A DNA stretch of 64,000 bases from Eledone cirrhosa (Eukaryota): contig OZ024747.1 of the NCBI GenBank assembly GCA_964016885.1, positions 78,058,001 to 78,122,000 on the forward strand, given 5' to 3'. A program made the translations under genes and the position numbers. This document shows positions 11,256-25,406 of the stretch, piece by piece. The notes beneath the pieces are model-generated. The model had not been told where the DNA came from and did no database searches. It saw only the letters and a list, made by a program, of their open reading frames with translations. How positions within the stretch are numbered: position 1 is the first letter of the stretch; each line of letters begins with the position of its first letter.

Positions 11256-11885
11256 AATAGTAAGTAAGGAAGTATAGTTCACTAGTATTAATAGTAGATA
11301 AGGAAGTATAATTCACTAGTATTAATAGTAGGTAAGGAAGTATAGTTCACTAGTATTAATAGTAGGTAAGGAAGTATAGTTCACTAGTATTAATAGTAGG
11401 TAAGGAAGTATAGTTCACTAGTATTAATAGTAGGTAAGGAAGTATAGTTCACTAGTATTAATAGTAGGTATGGGTGGTGGATTGGCAGTATCAGTAGAGG
11501 GTCGGACGCCATGCTTTGACGCATAGAGTTATGGCGCTTGCCATTCTGAGTTCAAATCCCGCCGAGGTTAACTTTGCCTTTCATCCTTATGGGGTCGATA
11601 AAATAAGGTACCAGTAATACACTGGGTATTTGCTGGCCTTGTGCCAAAAGTAGAAACAATTAATAGTAAGTAAGGAAGTATGGTTCACTAGTATTAGTAG
11701 TAGGTAAGGAAGTATAGTTCACTAGTATTAGTAGTAGGTAAGGAAGTATAGTTCACTAGTATTAATAGTAGGTAAGTATGGTTCACTAGTATTAGTAGTA
11801 GGTAAGGAAGTATAGTTCACTAGTATTAGTAGTAGGTAAGGAAGTATAGTTCACTAGTGTCAATAGTAGGTAAGGAAGTATGGTT
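11256..11885. repeat. 34-bp minisatellite interrupted by a SINE
   Basis: Unit TAATAGTAGGTAAGGAAGTATAGTTCACTAGTAT (phase 11281 to 11315), ~6 copies on each side of the insertion. Confidence 0.92.
11471..11660 (+). mobile_element. Meta/MESC-like SINE inserted in the 34-bp array
   Basis: GGTGGATTGGCAGTATC...GAGTTCAAATCCCGCCGAGGTTAACTTTGCCTTTCATCC...GTGCCAAAAGTAGAAACAATT, the reverse complement of the copies at 21387 and 25216. Confidence 0.8.
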
Positions 11886-12428
11886 CTTTAATAAATAACT
11901 CCAAATGTTTCAATGATTAATTCAGATATCTCATTAGAAATACGGTAATGAAAGAGTGAAAGATAGAGTGATTTTTCTATTAATAGAAAACAGTATTGAT
12001 CAAAATAGACTGATTTAATTCAGTTTGACTGACATTAAGCCAACATCCATTCCATTTCCATAGTTGTATGGTAGGAAGGAGGCTGATCTGGTTATAAAAA
12101 CAACTGAGTCAACAAGTAAACTATCTTCGTATGCAATCATAGAACAGTCATTATATAACATAACAACAAAAACAAACTCTTAAAACAAACAAAATGCTAA
12201 CTCAATTATTTTTTTATCTATTTATCAATAGATCAATAACTTTATAGGCAGAAAAATTGACATTAGAATCATTAAAGTGTTGGAATAAATAGCTCAACAT
12301 TTGATCTGGCTATCTACATTCTGATTTCAAATCCTAACAAGGTTAACTCAACCTGCCTTTCATCCTTTCCAGGATCAATGATAAAGTCAACCATGTTCAG
12401 GTTTGAACTCAGAACATAAAGTTGACAG

Positions 12429-12713
12429 TATGTTCTATCATAATGATATACTACAAGATGTTCTACCAGACTACCAGACACATATGTTAGAAATGATATA
12501 CTACAAGATGTTCTATCATAATGATACACTACAAGATGGTCTACCAGACTACCAGCCACATATGTTAGAAATGATATACTACAAGATGTTCTATCGTAAT
12601 GATACACTACAAGATGGTCTACCAGACTACCAGCCACATATGTTAGAAATGATATACTACAAGATGTTCTATCGTAATGATACACTACAAGATGGTCTAC
12701 CAGACGACCAGCC
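12429..12713. repeat. 78-bp minisatellite, ~3.7 copies
   Basis: A 26-aa periodic translation (MFYHNDTLQDGLPDYQPHMLEMIYYK) on both strands reflects a 78-bp unit. Confidence 0.9.
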
Positions 12714-12770
12714 TCATAATATGTTTATATTTTCTATGAAATAAACAGAATAGTTTGGTAAAATAGTTAC

Positions 12771-12813
12771 CTGCAGTTTAACAGCAAGTCCATTGAGTTC
12801 CATACAGAACTGC
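12771..12813 (-). CDS. MOB4: MOB4 exon 4
   Basis: (R)QFCMELNGLAVKLQ; ttacag acceptor, gtaac donor; 43 nt. Confidence 0.96.
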
Positions 12814-13151
12814 CTGTAACGGAAATGAAATGTTACTTTTATACAAAGTTACAATAAAATTACAAAATACACAGACATTATATATATGCATGAGTATCGT
12901 AAGTAGCAACTAAAAAGGTTGGAGTCAGAAATGGCTATATATATATATATATAAGCACATAAATGTAAATAAATGCATAGATATACATTCATGAATCACA
13001 AATATATTCAAATGGTGCTTAAGTCAACCTTGGTGACATTTGAACCGAAACACCAAACAATCCAACAATGAATTATATAAAGTGAAATGGCAGTGTACAG
13101 CTGGACTACCATTGCACTTGAGTTTCACTAAGACCATATCAGTCTATTACC

Positions 13152-13379
13152 TTAACTCTTTAGCATTTAAATCAGCCGTACCCAGCCAGAATTCTCTCAC
13201 CTCTTTCAGTTCAAACTGGCCGTAACTGGCTACTCATACTGACGTTAAGGTATTGTTCTCAAAATAAATAATATCAAAATCTCATAGATTCGATATTATG
13301 TGAGATATTATGTAAGATAAAGCCTTTACCACGAAAATACAATAGTATATATAGAGTAATGTAAATGTTAAAGGGTTAA
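13152..13379. mobile_element. TTAA-flanked MITE (piggyBac-like)
   Basis: TTAA-CTCTTTAGCATTTA...TAAATGTTAAAGGG-TTAA. Other copies at 56431-56646 and, split by an insertion, at 46919-48208. Confidence 0.75.
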
Positions 13380-13987
13380 CGATATTTACCCAAGAGATTA
13401 ATTAGCACATGAAAGATATGGTTCTAAAATTAAAGATAGAACATGATCTGTTGAGATAATTACTTAATAAATGACAAGGGGGAAAAACACCCAACAGTTA
13501 ATACTCTAAAAATAATCTTCATTTGAATGTCAGTTTGAAAAACCATCCACACATTATTAATCTGTTTCTGCAATTATATTCCAAATATACTTCTTGTATA
13601 TGTTATCTAAACAATCTTAAGATTGGCACTGAGCCAGACATTGGAATATAAAGTCAACTGAATCACACACCACCCCCAGCTCCTGTTGTTATACTCCCAC
13701 CATCATCATCATCATCATGTCAACACTGACCCTAGTATATATGTTCCTAGTACATAACATAAGGACATGTGTACAAGCCCAGTCAGACTTGAAATCAATT
13801 AAAACATGAAGAGACAAAACTAAATATTGACTGGCATTTAGTCCAGTGCTGGCCTATTTCTGTCACTCCATCACAACTATATATTATATGTTATCTAAAT
13901 ATAATAAAGCCAAAATAACTTTTACTGCTCTTAAAGTAAATTTGTGAGGAGTTTCCCAATCACTCTCGAGATTAGAGTGCTATTATA

Positions 13988-14190
13988 TCATCATCAACGT
14001 TTAACGTCTATCTTCCACGCTAGCATGGATTTAGACAGGAATTGTCCTACTTGAGGCAAGATTGGTTGGGTGACCATGTCTCGCTCGTATAGGGCTGTCT
14101 GGCAGGTTTTCTACGGCTGGATGCCCTTCCTAACACCAACCACGTTTACAGTGTGGAACTGGGAGGTTTTTACCGTGTTACCTACACGGC
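13988..14190 (-). mobile_element. RTE 3'-UTR fragment
   Basis: Closely similar to 8342-8540 (GGATGCCCTTCCTAACACCAACCAC...GGGAGGTTTTTACCGTGTT.CCTACACGGC). Confidence 0.75.
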
Positions 14191-15570
14191 TTCATATATA
14201 TTATTCTTTTTTGGAGGAGGAAGAGAAAGAAATATGTAAAGTGGTTGGCATTGGAAAGGTCATCCAGCTGTAGAAACGATGTCAAAACAGAAACATGAGA
14301 CACATGGCCTCTGGGACAGCAGCTCCAATTAAGTACTGACTTGGTCTGTATTCACTTGTCCAATCTATGCCAACATAGGAGAAAGGACGTAAGATGATGA
14401 TATACTTTGGGCTTCCACACAGTTTTCATCTACCAAATATCCATCAATTCGGTATTGGTTGACAATACTAAGATACATATCCAAGGTACCATACAATGGG
14501 ATTAAATATAGAACCATGTGAGTATGAAAGAAAGTTCTTTATTACATAATCAAACCTATGGCACATGAGTTCCACCTTATGTACCAGCATTATATACCGA
14601 GAAAACTCTGAATAGTTAAAATATAATTCAAATTAGATATATAAAAATAAATATTTTCTTTTATAGGTTTTACTTACTGGAGTGTAGCTATGCTAGAGTG
14701 CTGGCTTTTTCTGTGGCACCAACATTAACACTTTACAGTATAGGCTGGGTGTATTTTATCATGGCACCAGCACTAACATTTTAAAATACTAGAGTACTCG
14801 TGTCCTCAGCCAGGCTGAGAAAGACAGTGACGGGTGCAGGGGCTACATGTTGCTTGAATAATAAATACCAGTGTTAAACTAGATATAGTTTTCAGCCAAG
14901 ATTTCTCTTTTTAACATTATCACATTAGTGAAAGGTCCATAAAAAATGAAAACTAGTATTTTGTCCAGAATCACAAACAGAAAGATGTTACAGCTTTTCA
15001 CAGAAAACTAATTAAGAAATTAAAACTTAACCCTTCTGCATTTAAACCATCCAAATTTGGACAACAATAATGTTGACAATACAATTGAGCAGTGGATAGA
15101 CTTTTTAAATCAACCTACACTAACAAAAACTCTTCTAAACTAAACTAAAAATGAAAATACATCTTTAGTAGTTTCATCTCTTCAGTTTTTGTTATAATGG
15201 TGTGACACACTTGTTGTATATCTGTACGAAATGAGGGTAACACCTAAGGTATTCACCAGGTATAATTCTGAACTACCAACGAGAGACTACAACAAGACTC
15301 AGTACACACAGTCTACTTGACAGTTCACTTCAGTTATTATTTATAGACTTTTTGCCTAGTTCACTTTTAGTTATGCAAGGGGGTGTTCAGGGTGTTTTCC
15401 CCACAACAGTTTTGTACAATATAATATATGAAAACTAGAAATGTTTTTACATTGGTTTCAAAAATGATAAAATGTTAAACAGGAACTAACACATTCACAT
15501 TTTCTGTAACTTTCTGGAATTACTTGACAGAGGTAGAAATAATTCAATCATGTATTTGTTTTTTTTTTAC

Positions 15571-15671
15571 CTGAGGTGTTCATATTTCCATACACCTTCT
15601 TCTTGACCTTCTGGAGGAGTAAGGATTGCATCTATATTGGTGACATCTTTCCGTATAGATTGCTGAATAAA
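15571..15671 (-). CDS. MOB4: MOB4 exon 3
   Basis: [33 protein letters not shown](R); ctacag acceptor, gtaaa donor; 101 nt. Confidence 0.96.
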
Positions 15672-15924
15672 CTGTAGAGAGAAACAGCAGGACTTTAGAA
15701 AGTAAATATTGAAAAAATACACCAGTATAACTTTTAATGCTTTGTACTGGTATCATAATATTGACATTAAATGGTGATGACAGCGTGGTGTGATTTGAGA
15801 GATTTTGGTAGTAGTTTGTGTGACTGCCTAGAAAATCTCTTTTCAAATGTAGTGAATGAGTTACATGAGGAAAGTTTCACTAATAGAGGTCTAACTTATA
15901 AGACAATTACATGCAGTATATTAC

Positions 15925-15987
15925 CTGTTGAACTGCAAGAGTACTCTCCATTTCATCAAAGGATTCATCAGGCCAATGACACCATTT
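15925..15987 (-). CDS. MOB4: MOB4 exon 2
   Basis: KWCHWPDESFDEMESTLAVQQ (cf. WPDESFDEMDSTLAVQQ); ttatag acceptor, gtaat donor; 63 nt. Confidence 0.96.
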
Positions 15988-18012
15988 CTATAAAAATAAG
16001 AAGAAATAGAATATCAATAGATTAGATATGACACAAGCAGGTATACCACTTCCACTTAATGAGGACATTGTGAAGTACTTATTTAGAAATTTACACGTTC
16101 ATTCACTCAGGGTTGATGATACACATAAAAGAGAACACAAGCTAGTATTTTCTACATTTCTGTAAGACAAAGGAGAAAAGACATTACCCATGACCCTTGG
16201 CAGGCCTTCCCAGAATGATGTGATTGACATGGCTGATGCCCAGTTTCAACATCTACTGGTCGGTGTCTGCAGATTTTTATTTTTTTCTATAAATTAGTCA
16301 GAAAAGGAGGGACATTCCCCATAAAACCCTGAAAGCCATTCCAGATTGATGAGGCTTCACCTGAACATCTGCAGGTCAATGTGCAAAGGAACCCAAGCTC
16401 AATGTATGTAAGACCCAGAATGATTCTGAATTCTATTTTCAGTACTAATATGGCATATATAAATCATGTTTTTTCTAATTTTTTCAAAGCCTCTAAGGCT
16501 GGTAGGAGGGATAGAAGGTATTGTCAAACAGGAGACCTGCTTACACCATAATGGAAGGTACCCAAGAATCAAGTGATGGTGTTAAACTAAGCAACATATT
16601 AAATCTACCACCCAATTGGGCATTAGAGGGATTTGAACTCAGAACACAAAGAAGTGCTTAACATTTCTACCAGTCCACCACCCTAGACAGTTATTGTATT
16701 AACAGGATTTGAACTCAGAATTCAAGGAGCCATAATAAATACTGCAAGGCCTTTTGACTAACAATTCTGCCAAGTCATTACCTATTACTGAATAACAAGA
16801 CTGCAATTTAACTGAACATCCTGTAATGATTTAGCAGAAATTATTTTAAAATGAATTTGTCAATTCAAATATCTATAATGCCTTTATTCATGGACAGACC
16901 ATTGTGAACGTTTGCAGTATTAGAGTATTTTTAATGTGATGCAGTCATAGTGCTGTTTTCTACTTTACAAAAATGCCTTGCTAATATGGTTTGTTGTGGT
17001 ACAGGACGTTAAGAGTTAATATTCATTAATGTTGTTTTTCTTCAATATCATCTTTAGATGAAGAATCATAAAAATCTTGAACATTTACCAGCAACTTGTA
17101 ACAATACTTTTTTTCTATTTTAATTCTTAACAGATGTCACAAAATAATATTTTTCCCTTCAGTTCTTTTATTCTATATCATTGAAAGCATGTGATTGTGT
17201 GTTTGCTGTGTAGAATCACCCCTTATACTCCAGCAATTTATAGGGAGAATGTAGATATATATACATGTAAGACGTTAGTGCTGGTATCATGACAAACAGC
17301 ACCCTATCTACCCAGGAAGGTGGTAGTGCTCATAGAACACACTGTAAAGCGGTTGTCATTTGGAAGGGCATCCAACCATAGAAACCAAACCAAAAATGGA
17401 ATGTGTGAACAAGATGTGGTCACCTAACCGGTTTAGCTACAGAATGTGACAGTCTTCTCTAAGCCACACAATTATGGAAAATATATGTTAAACGGTGATA
17501 ATGATATATATATATATATATACACACACATTAAAAATAACAGAAGGCTGGACAGGAAACTTTCTTTAAAGTTTTAATTTTGCAAAATCACCATAGGTAT
17601 TTCACTGGCCCAGTTTCATTCATCTGATCATGATACAAGACTTACTAACTGCAATCACCAGTTCTACCATTGATAAACATAACATAAATTATATATCTAC
17701 ATAAATAAAAGTCGAATCGTGTCCGTCCACTCTCTATTTAATAAAAACGTTTGGAGGTGAATATTACACCCGTCTCGTTTAGCGGTAACATTTGTTTATA
17801 TTATATATATATACACACACACATAGTATTAGTTATTCCTGAGAAAATAATAAACATCATACAAATCCACTTCAATCTTCTAACTTGGAAATATTCAGAA
17901 GCCAATATTTTAGTCATTCCTATACATCCACTGAGTCAAGACCACAACCTGTTCATTCCCAGATGAAGTCACTTTCTTTCTTTCTTTCTCTCTCTCTCTC
18001 TCTCTGTCTGTT

Positions 18013-18043
<31 letters not shown>

Positions 18044-20295
18044 ACATACATACACACACACACACACATACGTACTATGTGTATTCATTTTATTATAGAA
18101 GTGACTTCTACAGGACTAGAACTGTTTTATTCGAAATGAAATCATTGGGATCCTACCTGCATACACACACCTATATATATATAAGACGAAGCTTATGGAA
18201 TAGAATGGACACAGCTTCGGTGGTTTCCTCACCCACTCGATAATCTAATTAAGTCCGTATTATTAAAATTCTAACCCAAGTGCTGGTCCATTCAGGATCA
18301 GTGTCTAACAAGTTAGTTAAACACTGTCCTGGTGTCTTTTACAAAACAAAGAACGAGACGAAAATATAGTGTCGGACACGATAAAGTAACATGACAAACG
18401 AAGGAAACCTTATGTGAAATGACATGGCTAGGACACAATAAATAATTGTTTCTACTTTTGGCACAAGGCCAGCAATTATCCCAGTGTATTACTGGTACTT
18501 TATTTTATCGACAATGTTCGCCATTTAAGTGGAACAGTGTGTGACGAAAATGTTGAGATAAAAACAAGCTACAAAGTAGGTGACATGCGAAGAGGAAATG
18601 GTAAGCTATATGATAGAAATAAAAGGATATTGCAGAATCATTAGAACACCGCACAATATGCCTTGTGGTATTTGTCCTGAGTTCAAATCATAGTAAGGTC
18701 AACTTTGCCTTCCATTCTTTTAGAGTTGATAAATACCACTTAAGAACTGTGTTGATTTAATCGCCTCTCACCTCGAAAAAATCGATAGCTTTGTGCCTAA
18801 ATTATAAATAATTAATTATGGAAGAATTATGTTTGTCTGCATAAATCAGACAAGTCCCGTTTTTAAAGTGTATTACTATCGTTACGTTGTTCCTTGTGAT
18901 GCGAACCTTTAATTAATAAAAGATAATATCATCATGAATACTTTCAGAATTTCTTTTCCATTTATGCTGTCTTTGTTTTGTTATATTATTTTGTTCATAT
19001 TTTAAAATAAAGTACCAGTAACGCTGTAGGGTCGATTTAATCGACTCCCACCTCCCCATAAATTGTTAGTCTTGTGTCTAAATGAGAAACCATTATTTTG
19101 CCCATATTTTTTTATTGTGTCTGTCTCTTTAAATAATTGGACCATATAAGGTTGAGTTATTTACGTTAAACGTAACTTTCATATATCAAATGTTGGTCCA
19201 GATCGTCTCTGGTTAAGTAAACTTGTCATCAAAGGTGTTCCAGATGTGACAAATTCCTGTACTGTATCCATCTTTCTCTTTAAGGGAGATTTGGTTGCTA
19301 TTACTAGCGATCGTATGGAAGCGGGGGTAATTATTAACACATGCGAGTAATGAACAAACATCCAGAATCCTTTGGGCATTGGAAGTGCCAAACAATAACA
19401 AAAATGACAATAATAATATTACAAAGACGACAATGGGGTCAGGATTGTGGAACAAAAATAAACAAAAATGACGAGGAAATATAGTATTTAATGACAGATG
19501 AAATGTTTTGGTTTCTAGTTTAATATCTTGAATATTGGCAGTTTAATATCTTGAATATTGGCAGTTCTTGAGTTGCGATGTCATAAGGATCGCCTCTTCT
19601 CGTCTTCTTCCATTCCGGATTTTTTAAATAAATAACCAAAATATCTATACTGAGATTCTTCTATTAGAATTCTATTCACATCTAGAATGTTTTACATGAA
19701 GGGATATAGTAGAATTTAATGTAAAAACCCTTGTGTCTACTACTCAAGTTTTAACTTCCTAGTTCCCAACCATATCTGTGGGAGGCAACCATAATCGAGG
19801 ATTTACTATATTTATTCCTTAACAAAAACAAAATATCGCCTCGTATTTACGTAAAGGAAACGAAAATAAAGATGAAAGACTATCTGGATCTTGCTGGATC
19901 AGATGAAAGGTTGCTAAATGTAGACATAAACACCTTTAAATATTGTTATTTAGCCCCAGGTATGGTGAAAGGCGCTCCAGACTCCGTCGATGATGATTCC
20001 ATGTTAGTTTCAATAACAGAATTACAATAACCTTACTAAATATATGAGGGTTCTGCTGCTGTTGTTGTTTTTAAGATGGTTGGGTGTGATTACAGGGAAT
20101 TTGACTGCTATGTCTAGCAAATCAAGCTACCGTGAAATGTATTTCTCTTTGGAATCATAATTAAAAAAAGGCGTAAACATCTACTCCCTTACATAAAACG
20201 AAAAGGAGGTTTCTTAAAATAAGAATTAACAGAATTATAAGGAATTACAAAGATATATATTTATGGTTGTTAGCGTTTGTTTTGTTATGAAATAC

Positions 20296-20355
20296 CTCAA
20301 ACTTTGTGCCAGGTCGATTACGACGAACAACTGCAGGTGTATCAGCCATTTTCAT
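20296..20355 (-). CDS. MOB4: MOB4 exon 1 (start codon)
   Basis: [20 protein letters not shown] (cf. [20 protein letters not shown]); gtatt donor. The eight exons sum to 672 nt, i.e. 223 aa plus stop. Confidence 0.95.
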
Positions 20356-20513
20356 GATTGAAAGATTTTTATTTCAGTTGTTGAATATAAAGATGTCGCT
20401 GCTGTCGTCTTAATTCAGTCGTGACTAAGTGATAGCAGCGACCTCACTTCAATATCAATCAGGAGCAGATAACTCTGATGCACAGTTCTTTCATTTTTGT
20501 TTTTCATTTTACT

Positions 20514-20947
20514 TACTCTCGGGTCTCGAATAATCGTCTCTCTCTCCCCCCCGACTCTTATACCATCTCTCCCCCACTAATTAATTTTTCAGGTTTTTTT
20601 TCAGCCACGCCCGCTCATATTCCACCTCCTCCCCGCTTATTAATTTTTCAGATTTTTTCTTACCCTGCCTCCCGTACTCTTATCCTACCCCACCCACACC
20701 GTTTATTAAATTTTACTAATCTATCTGCGGCGAAATTTTGTTTTAAGTGGTAACATTCCTGCAACAATTTTCATTATACATTAAAAATTATCATACATGA
20801 CCGAAAAAGTTCCCATATGTTATAAAATAAGTAGGATGGGTTAGAGTCTCAGTATGTAAACTAAACGACTAGTTCTGTTTTTTACACCTAGAAACATTAC
20901 CGATTTTCACCCACCCACCCCCTCCTCTTATTTGGTACCTGAGAGTA
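20514..20947. mobile_element. TA-flanked MITE (Tc1/mariner-like)
   Basis: Imperfect TIRs TA-CTCTCGGGTCTCGAATAA / TTATTTGGTACCTGAGAG-TA, with internal repeated CCCC..TTATTAATTTTT motifs. Confidence 0.65.
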
Positions 20948-21386
20948 GATTGTCATTTTTTTTTTTTTACTAGATGCTATTAACTCTTTAGTTACCATCT
21001 TTGTAAGAAGGTAAGTTGGCAGAGTCGTTAGAACATCAGAGAGACTACTTTGCGGTATTCATTTTAGCTCTCTGCTCTCTCAGTTCAAATTCCGCTGAGG
21101 TCAACTTTTTTTCATCTTTTCAAGGTCGATAAAAAAGTACCAGTCTAGTACTGGGTCGATTCTTCTGCTAAATCTCTTTCTCACTTCCTCTCTCTCACTC
21201 TCTATCCTTCTCTGGAAGAATCTGCTGTGTTCAGGCTTGGACACAGGTTTAAAAATGCCCTACAGTGCCGTATGTCAAAATGGCGCCCCTACGATACCCA
21301 AGAATACCCTAGAAATGCCACAAACCACTCCAGTGCCCCTACGACTCCCTCAGGACTTATGGCCCTATACATACCATATTAATAAT

Positions 21387-21575
21387 TGTTTCTACTTTAG
21401 GCACAAGGCCAGCAATTACCAGTGCATTACTGGTACTTTATTTTATCGACCCCGTAAGGATGAAAGGCAAAGTCAACCTCGGCGGGATTTGAACTCAGAT
21501 GGTAAAGGGACGTAACTATGCTGGAAAGCATGGCGTCCGACCCTCTACCGATACTGCCAATCCACCGCCCTCATA
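21387..21575 (-). mobile_element. Meta/MESC-like SINE with 12-bp TSD
   Basis: TSD CATATTAATAAT at 21375-21386 and 21576-21587. Confidence 0.85.
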
Positions 21576-21816
21576 CATATTAATAATGAAATAAAATATT
21601 GCCTACTCTTTTCTAATTGTTTTGAAAATAATCAAGAATTTGGAGGGCTTCAATAATATAACTCTCATGTTATTAATCTGGTGTTTGAAACAACAAAGTT
21701 CTACAGAGAATTACATTAATGATACACATATTTGTGGAATGCTCAGTCAATTGATTTTCTAAAATGATTTACGTTGATTTCATAAGTAGACTATTCCATT
21801 GATTGAAAAACTGAAA

Positions 21817-22570
21817 TCATCATCATAGTTTAACATCCATTTTCCACACTAGCATGGGTTAGACAGGTTATGTCTTGTTCATATGAATCTGAATTTGGCT
21901 TGGTCTCTACAGTTGGATGCCCTTCCTAACATCAACTAAGTTAAAGTGTAGACTGAATGCTTTTTATTGTGTACCAATACAACCATCTAATAGAGAGGAC
22001 TGGGTGCTTTTTCATTGTATCACCAGCATGACCACATAACCGTGTAGACTTTTTGTTGTGTCACCGGCATGACCATCTTACAGGGTGGACTGAGAGCTTT
22101 TTTTTCTCATGTCCCCAGTACAACCACTCAACAGGGCGAACTGGGTATTTTTTCTTGCATCACCAACATGATGATTGTAGACTAGTGTCCTCTACATGTT
22201 TGTTTCATCCTGTGCATATGGTAAGGTAGGTCTTCTGCAGTACAGCATAATGCCAAAGATCTCAATTCTGTGTTATCTCCTTTGAGGGTTTTAATTGTGC
22301 AAGGTCAGCTTTTATCACTTCCTTCCAAGCATTCTTTGATCTTGTTCTCTCGTAGCTTCAATCAACTTTGAGTGCGCTACACCTTTTTAAACTGCTGTCA
22401 TCCTCCATACACATCACATGTCCAAACCACTGCAGTCTTCTTTCTTGTACACTGCATATGACCCCTCTTACACCTAGTTTCTCTCTCAGTTCATTGACGC
22501 TTTGCCATGCATCCACACTACTATTACACATCCATCGGAGAATGCACGGTACATTTCTTTCCAAGTCTTG
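21817..22570 (-). mobile_element. Older RTE LINE 3' fragment
   Basis: ERNVPCILRWMCNS..QSVNELREKLGVRGVICSVQERRLQWFGHV aligns to the C-terminus of the 8728 ORF. The 3' UTR has internal repeats and a GATGATG tail. Confidence 0.85.
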
Positions 22571-23689
22571 GTGGAGGTGGGAGTGAAGATGATGACAATG
22601 ATGATGATGATGGGGAGGTGTGGGAGGAGGAGGAGGATAGTGATGATGATGATGATGATGATGATGATAAGAACTGACTTTTCCATTAGTTGGCTGATGT
22701 TTCAAACATTACTTTACAAAAATTTCTGAAATAAAACCAAGATGGACAGTTTAAACAGCTTTACATCATAAACCTAAGAGTAATTTCCGGCAAGTTGGTT
22801 TCAAAAGGGTTAAGGAAAGAAATCATCCAAATATTCGGTACTTTCAGCCTTAAAATTTTAATAGTGTTAAACTAAACCAAAATCAATTTCCTGTGTGTGA
22901 CCCTAAATTCAAATACTAATTCATGTAAATAATTTTAGAAAATCAAATGAATTTTATTATGATGCCAGTACTAGGGAGGTTGTCATGTCTTTGACTCAGC
23001 TGAAGAGTCCTGCCAACACATTGTTTGGCAAGCTTTCTATCACCAACCACTTTACAGAGTACACTGGGTGCATTTATCTCGTAGATCACCAACACTAATG
23101 AGATGTTATATCTGCTTTGGAACAAGGCACCCTCTCTAAGATTGGTACCACAATAAAAGTCACTTGGTACACTCCTTAAAGTAGTAGATATCCAAAGGTA
23201 AGCACCATAGTATAAAGAGGACCTTTGTGTCATATCTGGTGTTGGTGCCACCATAAAATAAACACAGTATACTCTGTAAAAAGGTTGACTCTAGGAAGAG
23301 CATCAAGCTCTACTATATAGAGTCGGTGTTATACAAAAGAAAATTTACACAGCATCAACTGTTACAAACTTGAAGTTGAGAGGATTTGAAAGAAATTCTT
23401 CATTTATTAAACACTCCTTGTTAGTTTTGTTTGCTATTTTTATGTCATTTTTATTATTATTGTATTGGCAGTATCAGTAGAGTGTCAGACACCATGCTTT
23501 GCAGCATAGAGTTCAAATCCTACCGAGGTTAGCTTTGCCTTTCATCCTTACGGGGTCGATAAAATAAATTACCAGTAACACACTGGGGTCGATTTAATCG
23601 ATTTACCCCTTCCCCCACAAATTGTAGACTTTGTGCTAAAATCAGAAACCATTATTATTTAGGATGTGGGAGATTCGTGTCAGTATATG

Positions 23690-24455
23690 CCAACAATGTC
23701 ACTGTGGTGGTGTCAAACACCAAACACATTGAAGTGATCAACAGTGCTCTCATAGAATATGGAGTGGTGAAGGAACAAAATTTAGGAATGGTTGGTGGGC
23801 CTGCAGCTCAGCACATGGAGAGGCAAGTCCTTGACATCTAACAGCATTGTAGGGTTATCGAGTGTAGGATGGATCTGGCTATCAACCAAATGTGTAGTGA
23901 AGATCGCCCCACCGCCTTCTTATGGCTGGGAAGGGCAGGCAGTTTTTCTCTGTTTGGTGGCTGTAGCAAAAGAGGTTGTATGGTGGACCAAGTTGAAAGG
24001 TCTGAAGCGAGATACTTTCCTCTTCAGCCTACTTCTCATCAACCTTTTCAAGTTTCACTTGGAAAGGAGAAGGTGAGGGTGGAGAGAGAAGTTCTGCCCC
24101 ACCCTTGGTATATTTGCTAAAAGGTGGGTGAATGTGGCAAGAATGGCCCGTGTGAATGAGCCTACTCTGAACATGCGTCTGTGGGATGGTTGATTTGAGG
24201 AGGAGAGGCAGTGCTCTTCCCAGGTGCTCTCGAGGTGTCAGGTGGTTCAGGATTGATGCAGTACCTGACTCACACCTGGGTAGTCCCCCCACTCCTATCG
24301 GGGAATTCTGTTGTTTGTATTTTTATTGTTTATTGTTACTGTTGCATTTATGTTTTTACTCGATTTTTTTGTAAACCCCTCCCCCCTCCTCACTGTCTCT
24401 GTCTTTTTACATTGTCCCCTATATGTAGGTCCTTGTGACCAATAAAGAAAGAATT
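23690..24455 (+). mobile_element. Degenerate L1/Tx1-like LINE 3' end
   Basis: Frameshifted translation AVFLCLVAVAKEVVWW.KLKG...INLFKFHL..KVRVERE resembles Tx1-type ORF2 C-termini. It ends in AATAAAGAAAGAA followed by simple repeats. Confidence 0.5.
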
Positions 24456-25215
24456 GTCGTTGTTTTGTTGTTGTCGTCGTCGTTGTTATTTTTTATATCA
24501 ATTGATCGAATAAATAGTTTTTCAATCTAATATTTTATGTACGATATGAAACCAATATTAGAGCAATTGATATGTTTTTATTCATTTTGATACCTGAGAG
24601 TAATTTAATTTAATTTGAATAGATTTTTTGTTAATAATTTAAAATGCTTTACACCTCCGTGTATTGAGACGTCAGACAATATGTCTTTAAGTATTTAATT
24701 ACAACACATTACGTTCTGATTTCAAATCCCATCTAGACCAACTTTGCCTTTCATACTTACAGAGTCGATAAAAATAAAGTTTTGTTGAAAAACTGTCATC
24801 AATTCCTGCAATATATCCTAAATACACAGGGATTGACTTTAATATAAAAATAAAATAAAATTCTACAAGGGAAATAACTCTTAGTAACATTTTCAAGGGA
24901 AATAACTGTTAAAAAATCCATTTCTTCTTCTTCTTCTACTACTACAGGAATCGGCTGAAAAGTTCATAGGCTGACCAAGATAATCTCGTGTGCTGGATTT
25001 AAGACAGATGAAGCCCTGTGCTGGTTTAGATATGAGGCTCTTTACATGGGCTCCGAAGGAGGTAAAAATATTTTTTGGCAGGAAGATGGGTCCCCCTGGC
25101 CAATAAGACCCTGTGCTTAAGCACATCTAAGCACAATGGTAAATCCAGCACTGGCTCTCAGTCTTTATTTTTGTCACGTTTATCTTATCCCATCATCCAC
25201 CTAGTATGTATTATA

Positions 25216-25406
25216 ATTGTTTCTACTTTTGGCACAAGGCCAGCAATTATCTCAGTACATTACTGGTACTTAATTTTATCGACCCCGTAAGGATGAAAGG
25301 CAAAGTTAACCTCGGCGGGATTTGAACTCAGACCGTAAAGGGACGTAACTCTATGCTGGAAAGCATGGCGTCTGACCCTCTACCGATACTGCCAATCCAC
25401 CTCCCT
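25216..25406 (-). mobile_element. Meta/MESC-like SINE with 16-bp TSD
   Basis: TSD CCTAGTATGTATTATA at 25200-25215 and 25407-25422. Confidence 0.87.

Noticed and set aside
12314-12744. 113-123 aa repetitive ORFs on both strands
   Set aside because: Produced by a 78-bp minisatellite inside MOB4 intron 4.
19213-19455. ORF resembling a signal peptide plus Cys-containing peptide in MOB4 intron 1
   Set aside because: Starts at TTG with no in-frame ATG back to the upstream stop; no recognisable family or splice support.
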